From: an uncultured bacterium
Lineage (GTDB): Bacteria; UBA8481
Direction of reading: 5' to 3'
DNA length: 62,300 nucleotides
Assembly (NCBI GenBank): GCA_964499705.1
Contig: CAZCME010000001.1
Coordinates: 134,943 to 197,242, forward strand
How positions within the stretch are numbered: the first letter of the stretch is position 1; every line of letters begins with the position of its first letter. The notes under the pieces were generated by a model that saw only the letters and a program-made list of their open reading frames with translations, did no database searches and was not told where the DNA came from. A program made the position numbers and the translations under genes. Shown here one piece after another: positions 55,654-62,300 of the stretch.

Positions 55654-57851
55654 GAATTCCGGTTCGTACGTCGAGATACATGTCGCTCCATCGCGAGATC
55701 AAAATGCGAACGGCCGGTCCGCGCGCGATAGAGGACCACGATCGCGAGCATCGATGCAAAGAAGGATACCGTGAGACCCAGGAAGAAGAGGGAGGGACGA
55801 TAGGAATATTCGAGCGCGTTGTCGACGGCGTGGTCCAGCCGGACGATCTGGCCGGGAAGAGCAGCGGGCTCAGTCGACCATGCGTTTTCTCCGATCACGA
55901 CCGACCATCCGGGCGCGAAACATTCGACGCGATAGAGCCATCCCGGTCCGCTTGTTTTCAGCCGCGCTCGCAATCGTCCATCCCGTGCATGTTCGATGCA
56001 GCTTACTTCACCTGTGCCCCGGGACAGAAGGGCGGTTTCGGAAGGCGCTTCAACCTGCGCGTAGAACCGCAGTTCCGGAAGCGCGTCCGGATTTCGAAAG
56101 AGAGCGATCGATTCGCTCCGGCTTTCCCGCCGCCATCCCGTGGAATCGGCATAGGCAAAGAGCGGTTCATCGCAGAGAAAGTACCTGACTCCGACGGCGG
56201 CCAGCGCGCGGCGGCCATCCGAGGCGTCATTCGCGACATGGCGCTCCCACCAATGCGTCCACGCTCGCCGCCTGAACGAACCGTATTCTTCCACGTACCG
56301 GACGCCATGCGGAACGCCTGAGTTCATATCCAGGAGATCGCGCACGCGTTGCGTGGAGGTCTTTCTCGCATCGGGAAAGGAAACCTCCGCTGTCGCGATG
56401 ATGCGCGGCCAGGTGTCAGGGATGGCGGTGCGAAGAGCCGGCGGATCCGCGATGGAAGCCGGTTCGAAAACAAGGGCGCGCCTGGCCGCCACATTCAGGT
56501 CGAAAGAAGCGACGATGATGAACAGTACGGCGATCAGTCTCGGCGCGCGATCCGAAGCGAAGAGAAGAACGCAACCGGCGAGGAACATCGCGAAGCTGAT
56601 CTGAGCGCCTTCGAGGAGCCGGGAATTGAATGCCAGCCAGAGTTGCGCGTGGGCGGGATCCGGCCAGAGCACCGCGAGCGCCGCAAGGGAGCCCATGAGC
56701 GCCGCCGCGACCAGGATGGCCGTGGCCCTGGGACTTTCTCCGACTCGCGGAAATCCATCCAGGCCGCTGGCTCCGAGGTTGGCGACGGCGGGCGGAAGGA
56801 AGAAGACAAATTTGACGGGATATCCAAAGGAAGTAATCCACGGCGCGGCCGCTAAAAGTGATTCCATGCCCGGCAGATAGCGCCCCAGGGAAAGCAGGAT
56901 TCCGACAACGGCTGTGAAGACGAATCGACGATTACCGCGGCCGACGCCGAAAACAAGCAGAGGAAAAAGCGCGGCTCCGATGTACGTCGAGAAGAACATC
57001 GGATGCGAAAATGGGTACATGCCCGGCGGAGAGGGCCCTCCGTGCTCGCCGAAGAAGGTGATGGGGAAGATGAGACCCAGGATTTCCAGCGGAGACAGGG
57101 AATAATCGAACGCGAAGCCATGGGGGAGACCTCCGAGCCGATCGGAGCTGAGATAAAGTTCGACTGTCGGAAGAACCTGGAAGAGCGAAAAACCGGCCGC
57201 GGCGGCGAGACACGCGAACATTTCCTTCGCGCGCGAACGAGCGACAACGCCTACCTCCATGAACCAGAGTAGAAATGTGAAGAGGGTAGGCTCGATCATG
57301 CCTCCCGTCAGCATGAGCGTGAACGCGGCTCCCGCCGCGATACCGCGGCCCGCCGGCGTGCCTCCGCTGCGGGGTATGGCGAGAACCAGCGGAACGTACA
57401 TCCAGCAACCGGCCCACGGCAGGGAAGTCCAGGAACCGATCGTCATTCCCGAGAAGAGGTAGAACAGTCCGCCGCCCGCCGCCGCCAGAAGCGAGCGATC
57501 CGACAACCGAAGGTATCGATACATGGCGGCGCCTGCCAGAACGTAGCGCAGCCAGACGAGCAGGGTGCCGACAAAAAGTGGTTTCAGCGGCAGGAAAAAG
57601 AGAAGCGTGAACGGATCGAAGGCTCCGGCGACGGGATCCGCCATGAGCGGCGTACCGAGACCGGATGCGGAATTCCAGAGTGGAAGAGACCCGTCGCTCC
57701 AGATGTTCGCCGCCAGCCACCGCGATGGAACCGTAAGGCGGATGAGATCGCGGCCTGCGAGGAGCTGACCGCTCAGGATGGGATGGAAGAGGCACAGCGA
57801 GACAACGCCGAAGAAAAGCACGACACCTCCCGCTCGCGCGAAGGATTTCAT
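55650..57851 (-). CDS. YfhO-like GT-C membrane protein
   Basis: GRDL, LPLWN..SGLGTPL, FQVLPT.E..S.R, YIG, YPVKF, FAPGW, YRP motifs. Start ATG 57851. Confidence 0.75.
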   Translation of the reverse strand: MKSFARAGGVVLFFGVVSLCLFHPILSGQLLAGRDLIRLTVPSRWLAANIWSDGSLPLWNSASGLGTPLMADPVAGAFDPFTLLFFLPLKPLFVGTLLVWLRYVLAGAAMYRYLRLSDRSLLAAAGGGLFYLFSGMTIGSWTSLPWAGCWMYVPLVLAIPRSGGTPAGRGIAAGAAFTLMLTGGMIEPTLFTFLLWFMEVGVVARSRAKEMFACLAAAAGFSLFQVLPTVELYLSSDRLGGLPHGFAFDYSLSPLEILGLIFPITFFGEHGGPSPPGMYPFSHPMFFSTYIGAALFPLLVFGVGRGNRRFVFTAVVGILLSLGRYLPGMESLLAAAPWITSFGYPVKFVFFLPPAVANLGASGLDGFPRVGESPRATAILVAAALMGSLAALAVLWPDPAHAQLWLAFNSRLLEGAQISFAMFLAGCVLLFASDRAPRLIAVLFIIVASFDLNVAARRALVFEPASIADPPALRTAIPDTWPRIIATAEVSFPDARKTSTQRVRDLLDMNSGVPHGVRYVEEYGSFRRRAWTHWWERHVANDASDGRRALAAVGVRYFLCDEPLFAYADSTGWRRESRSESIALFRNPDALPELRFYAQVEAPSETALLSRGTGEVSCIEHARDGRLRARLKTSGPGWLYRVECFAPGWSVVIGENAWSTEPAALPGQIVRLDHAVDNALEYSYRPSLFFLGLTVSFFASMLAIVVLYRARTGRSHFDLAMERHVSRRTNRNS

Positions 57852-59218
57852 CGCAAAACCCGCGGAGTGGACATCCCACCGAAAGCCGATGCGGCTTTCA
57901 CCAGGACGACGGCCTGCGTGCAGAGAGTAAAGGGATAGAGATATCGGAAATCGGGCGTGACCGCGAACGGGAGGAAAGACACGAGTCCGATAAGTGGAAT
58001 TCCAAGAAGAGTCGCGTCGAGAAGCGACTCGGCATGCTCGGGATTGCGGCGAAACCGATCGATTTCGAGGATCGTCATGACAATGGAGATCATGATCCAG
58101 ATCCAGTGCGATGCAAGGATCAGACGAAGCGGCTCGATCAGCAGAGTCGGGTCGGCTGAATGTATGAGGAAGTCGCGCGCGGGCTGAAGAGCCGGCGGCG
58201 CCTGGATGCCGAAATCGTTTTTCATGATGCCGTAGGCGTGCCACAGGAGTGTGTGCTGCAATGCCAGCATATTCGAAGCCGCAAGCCACTTGATTTCCAG
58301 GAGGACCCAGGGGGCGCGACGGAGAGCGATGGCGTATTCTTCGTGAATTCTCCGCGCGTCGAAGATGTCCAGGTAGGCGGGACCAAGAAAATAGGAGCGA
58401 TCAAGAAAGCGTGCTACCGGCGCGCCTTTCGGTACATCGACAGGATAGGCCGGCAGGAGCGTCTTCTGTGTGTACGGCAGCGCCGCGCCATGCTCGGGAT
58501 GCGTGTGGCACATAGCGACCAGTTCGCCGGCCTTCAGGATCGCGGTGAGGTCGGCGCGTTTCACATTCCATGAGGCATCGAGAAGCGTGCCGGCCAGGAA
58601 GAGCGCGAAAAGGGGGACGGTGGCGAGAACGACCGCATGTCGAAAATACGGGCGCGTCGCCAGCGCGATCGAACCTCCTGCGAAAGGTATCCAAAGGAGC
58701 ATGTTGTGGCGCAGAAGCCCGGCCGCTGTCGCGGAGAGCACCGCCACGCCGATGGCGGCGGACCGCCCGCGCGCGGTCAGGACATGCGGGATCATGCGGA
58801 TTCCGGCGAGAAACCAGAGCAACGCGGCCAGCAACGCCGCATCTTTCCAGACCGTGACCAGGTAGTAGGGCAGGGGAGGAATCATGAGGAGAAGGATTGT
58901 AAGGAGAGCCGCAATCCGGTAGGGCAGCCCGTTTTTCCGGGGAAGCGAGTAAAGAATGAAGGCGAGAAGTCCGAACGCGATCATCTGCGATTGCAGGAAC
59001 GTGTAGGCACCGACACCTCCGATCGGAAGGAGAATTCGAAGGAGAAGAGCGAGGAGGGGCGGATGCCAATCGGTGAACTCCCCCGAGCTCGCCTGCCGCA
59101 GCTGCTCCATGGAATCGGAAGTCATGAGTCCCGGTTGGAAAACGATCCACACCATCGTTGTCGTCACGGCGACGGCGGATATTTCAAGAATCGGTAATCG
59201 GCCTGTCGCTTTGATCAC
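57848..59218 (-). CDS. Polytopic membrane protein, GT-C-like
   Basis: PGLMTSDS..Q..QA..G.FTDWHPP, VWKD, LRHN, DFRY motifs; many TMs. Confidence 0.6.
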   Translation of the reverse strand: MIKATGRLPILEISAVAVTTTMVWIVFQPGLMTSDSMEQLRQASSGEFTDWHPPLLALLLRILLPIGGVGAYTFLQSQMIAFGLLAFILYSLPRKNGLPYRIAALLTILLLMIPPLPYYLVTVWKDAALLAALLWFLAGIRMIPHVLTARGRSAAIGVAVLSATAAGLLRHNMLLWIPFAGGSIALATRPYFRHAVVLATVPLFALFLAGTLLDASWNVKRADLTAILKAGELVAMCHTHPEHGAALPYTQKTLLPAYPVDVPKGAPVARFLDRSYFLGPAYLDIFDARRIHEEYAIALRRAPWVLLEIKWLAASNMLALQHTLLWHAYGIMKNDFGIQAPPALQPARDFLIHSADPTLLIEPLRLILASHWIWIMISIVMTILEIDRFRRNPEHAESLLDATLLGIPLIGLVSFLPFAVTPDFRYLYPFTLCTQAVVLVKAASAFGGMSTPRVLR

Positions 59219-59318
59219 GGAAGCATGTAATCACATTGAAGGAAAAAGACAAGAATCGTGCTGGAGATGCGGTCACGGAGGCTTATCCACATCCCGCTCT
59301 GCCCCGGCCAATTCCTCA

Positions 59319-59346
59319 TTGACACGCTTTCTGACCCCCGTATCGT
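59319..59346 (+). promoter_or_regulatory. Putative sigma70 promoter of ppdK
   Basis: TTGACA-N16-TATCGT. Confidence 0.5.
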
Positions 59347-59435
59347 AGGTCGTTTGTTTTTCAAGGATGAGCGGTCCTGCCATGCAGGACACACCGGCTC
59401 AATTCATGGCAATTCTTCGGGAGGTTTCGGTTCAC

Positions 59436-62108
59436 ATGGCTAAGAAACAGAAGTTCGTCTATTTCTACGGCGCAGGCAAAGCGGAAGGCAAGGGCACGGA
59501 CAAGGAACTTCTCGGCGGCAAAGGAGCGGGTCTTGCCGAGATGACGAAGATCGGCCTTCCCGTTCCGGCCGGATTCACGATCACGACCGAAGCCTGCGAC
59601 ATGTTCTACAAGCTGGGCCGTAAATTCCCGAAGGGGCTCGACGCTGAAGTCAGGGAGCACGTCAAACGGCTCGAAAAAGTCACTGGCAAGAAGCTCGGCG
59701 ATGACCGCGATCCGCTCCTCGTTTCCGTCCGTTCCGGCGCGGCCCGTTCCATGCCGGGCATGATGGAGACGATCCTGAATCTCGGGCTGAACGATATTTC
59801 CGTCGTGGGCCTGACGCAGAAGACGGGCAATCCGCGTTTTGCGTACGATGCCTATCGCCGTTTCATCCAGATGTATTCGACCGTCGTCATCGGACTTCCC
59901 AAGGAAGACCTCGAAGACAAGCTCCACGCCATGAAGGCGCGTCTTGGAGTGAAGAACGATCCGGACGTGCCTGCGGAAGGCTGGCAGGAACTGTGCGCGG
60001 AATTCAAGATCTTCTTCCGCGAGAAGACCGGCAAGGATTTTCCGCAGGATCCTATGGAGCAGCTCTGGGGCGCCGTCGGCGCCGTTTTCGGATCATGGAT
60101 GGCGGAGAAGGCTCTGACGTACAGAAAGGTCGAGAAGATCAGCGGCCTGAAGGGAACGGCCGTCAATATCGTACAGATGGTCTTCGGCAACAAGGGCGAA
60201 AAGTCCGGCACGGGCGTCTGCTTCACTCGCGATCCGAACACGGGCGAGAATGTTTTCTACGGCGATATGCTCATCAATGCCCAGGGCGAAGATGTCGTGG
60301 CCGGAATCCGCACTCCGATCAGGCTCTCGGAGCTGGCCAAGCTGCTTCCCAAGGCCAACAAGCAATTGTACGAGGTTCGCCGCATTCTCGAACGCCACTA
60401 CAAGGACATGCAGGATCTCGAGTTCACGGTCGAAGACGAGAAGCTCTACATGCTGCAGTGTCGGACGGGCAAGCGCTCGCCCCAGGCCACGTTCACGATC
60501 GCCGTTGCGATGGTGAAGGAGAAACTGATTTCGAAGGAAGAAGCTCTGTCGAGAATCACATCCGAGGATATCGAGCGGCTATTCTATCCGGTCATCGATC
60601 CCAATATCGGCCGGGAAGAGCTGGCGCGCAGGAAGATCGCTGCGGGGATCAATGCCGTGCCGGGCGCGGCCGCGGGCCGAGTCGTTTTCACGGCGGAAGA
60701 AGCGGAAGCCTGGGCTGGCGGCGGCGAGAAGATCATTCTCGTCCGGAAGGAAACGAGCCCGGAGGATGTCGGTGGCATGCACGCGGCGCAGGGAATTCTG
60801 ACGGCCACGGGCGGCAAGACATCGCACGCCGCCGTGGTTGCGCGCGGATGGGGCAAGTGCTGCATCGTCGGTTGCGAAGTGCTGAACATCGATTACCCCG
60901 GGAAGAAGATGTATATCGGCGACAGAACCATCAACCAGGGCGACTGGATCTCGCTGGATGGATCCGAGGGCGTTGTGTACGAAGGGGGCATGCCGCTCGT
61001 CACGCCCCAGTTGCCGAAGGAATACGAGACGATCATGAAGTGGGCGGATGCGATCCGCCGGTTGAAGGTCAGGACGAACGCGGATTCTCCCGCGGATTCC
61101 AGGAAGGCGCGGGAATTCGGAGCCCAGGGCATCGGGCTCTGCCGCACCGAGCACATGTTCTTCGAGACGGAGGAACGCCGCCTGGCGATCCAGGAGATGA
61201 TCGTTTCGGACACGCGCGAAGCCCGCGAAAAGGCTCTGGCGAAGCTGCTGCCTTTCCAGAGAAACGACTTCATCGGCATTTTCGAGGCCATGCACGGGCT
61301 TCCTGTCACGATCAGGCTGATCGATCCGCCGTTGCATGAGTTCGTGCCTCACGACGAGCCGAAGCAGAGGGAACTGGCCGAGCGCATCGGTGTTTCGTAT
61401 GAGAAGGTGAAGCATCGCGTGGAGCAGCTGCACGAGATGAATCCGATGCTGGGGCATCGGGGATGCCGCCTGGCGATTACGTATCCGGAGATCCTGGAGA
61501 TGCAGGTTCGCGCGATCATCGAAGCGGCGGTGGAATGCAGGAAGCAGAAAGTCAAGGCGATCCCGGAAATCATGATCCCGCTCGTCTTCGACCGGAAGGA
61601 ACTGCAGATACTCGTCGACGCGACGCACGCCGTGGCGAAGCAGGTTTTCGCGGAGAAGAAATCGAAGGTGGAATATCTCGTCGGTACGATGATCGAGATC
61701 CCGCGCGCGGCCATCCTGGCGGACGAGATCGCGCAAGTGGCCGAGTTCTTTTCTTTCGGCACGAACGATCTTACGCAGATGACGATGGGGCTCTCCCGCG
61801 ACGATGCCGGCAGGTTCCTTCCGGATTATGTCGATGAGAAGAAGGCGGGAATCTTCAAGGCCGATCCGTTCCAGTCCCTGGATCAGTCGGGCGTCGGCAA
61901 GCTCGTGGAGTGGGGAATTCAGCGCGGGCGCGCGGCTCGGAAGGGATTGAAGATAGGAATCTGCGGCGAACATGGCGGAGAAGCGGAATCGGTGAAGTTC
62001 TGCCATCGCGTGGGGATGGACTATGTCTCCTGCTCGCCCTATCGAGTTCCTATCGCCCGGTTGGCGGCGGCGCAGGCGGTTGTGGCGGAGAAGAAGCGGA
62101 AGAAATAG
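59436..62108 (+). CDS. ppdK: Pyruvate, phosphate dikinase
   Basis: LLGGKGAGLAEM, VSVRSGA..SMPGMM, GGKTSHAAVVARG (phospho-His), GLCRTEHMF, FSFGTNDLTQ, GICGEHGG; GGAGGT RBS. Confidence 0.97.
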   Translation: MAKKQKFVYFYGAGKAEGKGTDKELLGGKGAGLAEMTKIGLPVPAGFTITTEACDMFYKLGRKFPKGLDAEVREHVKRLEKVTGKKLGDDRDPLLVSVRSGAARSMPGMMETILNLGLNDISVVGLTQKTGNPRFAYDAYRRFIQMYSTVVIGLPKEDLEDKLHAMKARLGVKNDPDVPAEGWQELCAEFKIFFREKTGKDFPQDPMEQLWGAVGAVFGSWMAEKALTYRKVEKISGLKGTAVNIVQMVFGNKGEKSGTGVCFTRDPNTGENVFYGDMLINAQGEDVVAGIRTPIRLSELAKLLPKANKQLYEVRRILERHYKDMQDLEFTVEDEKLYMLQCRTGKRSPQATFTIAVAMVKEKLISKEEALSRITSEDIERLFYPVIDPNIGREELARRKIAAGINAVPGAAAGRVVFTAEEAEAWAGGGEKIILVRKETSPEDVGGMHAAQGILTATGGKTSHAAVVARGWGKCCIVGCEVLNIDYPGKKMYIGDRTINQGDWISLDGSEGVVYEGGMPLVTPQLPKEYETIMKWADAIRRLKVRTNADSPADSRKAREFGAQGIGLCRTEHMFFETEERRLAIQEMIVSDTREAREKALAKLLPFQRNDFIGIFEAMHGLPVTIRLIDPPLHEFVPHDEPKQRELAERIGVSYEKVKHRVEQLHEMNPMLGHRGCRLAITYPEILEMQVRAIIEAAVECRKQKVKAIPEIMIPLVFDRKELQILVDATHAVAKQVFAEKKSKVEYLVGTMIEIPRAAILADEIAQVAEFFSFGTNDLTQMTMGLSRDDAGRFLPDYVDEKKAGIFKADPFQSLDQSGVGKLVEWGIQRGRAARKGLKIGICGEHGGEAESVKFCHRVGMDYVSCSPYRVPIARLAAAQAVVAEKKRKK

Positions 62109-62270
62109 GAATCTCCACACCGTCGGTATTACGTCTGGATCAGTCAAATAATTGACGATTAAAGCGGAATCAGGCGGGAATATAAGTCTAAAGACTGTAA
62201 TATCAAAGCGGCACTGATCTTGCTCTATTTCAGAGCAGAAGTCAGATCACATACATAAACGAGGTGCTCC

Positions 62271-62300
62271 ATGAAGCTTTTCGGTATCGGTAAGAGGACG
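62271..62300 (+). CDS. Possible start of a gene running out of the window
   Basis: GAGGTG RBS then ATG, MKLFGIGKRT... Confidence 0.4.
   Translation, partial: MKLFGIGKRT

Overview
GC-rich chromosomal window from a diderm (Gram-negative-type) bacterium, with about 45 CDS. I recognise no rRNA, tRNA, CRISPR array, integrase or transposase. Left to right: the 3' end of an STT3/AglB-like oligosaccharyltransferase; a GH16-CBM32 glucanase; a cobalamin-riboswitch-controlled uptake operon (btuB-exbB-exbD-tonB-btuF-btuC-btuD) ending in two small HutX/HemS-like proteins; two GH-like lipoproteins; a porin; a second, short cobalamin riboswitch ahead of an unknown membrane protein plus cbtB; a HEAT-repeat/archaeal-type LonB ATPase fusion with no protease domain; an orphan DRE-TIM aldolase; an S8 protease; an Ig-like protein with a 19-aa tandem repeat; mrp-cobIJ; a candidate ~115-nt structured RNA; AsmA-like, peptidase, porin and FecR genes; an F420-dependent LLM oxidoreductase with cofG-cofH; a cheA-cheW-mcp(CZB)-cheR-cheB cluster; tal-pgi; dapF, an ABC heterodimer and gshA; three GT-C/YfhO-like membrane proteins; and ppdK. 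Several palindromic or inverted-repeat elements are dispersed between genes. The best candidates for undescribed biology are the protease-less HEAT-LonB ATPase, the riboswitch-linked HutX-like pair, the CbtB partner protein and the intergenic RNA at 28338-28452. All family calls come from motif recognition by eye; no database search was run.
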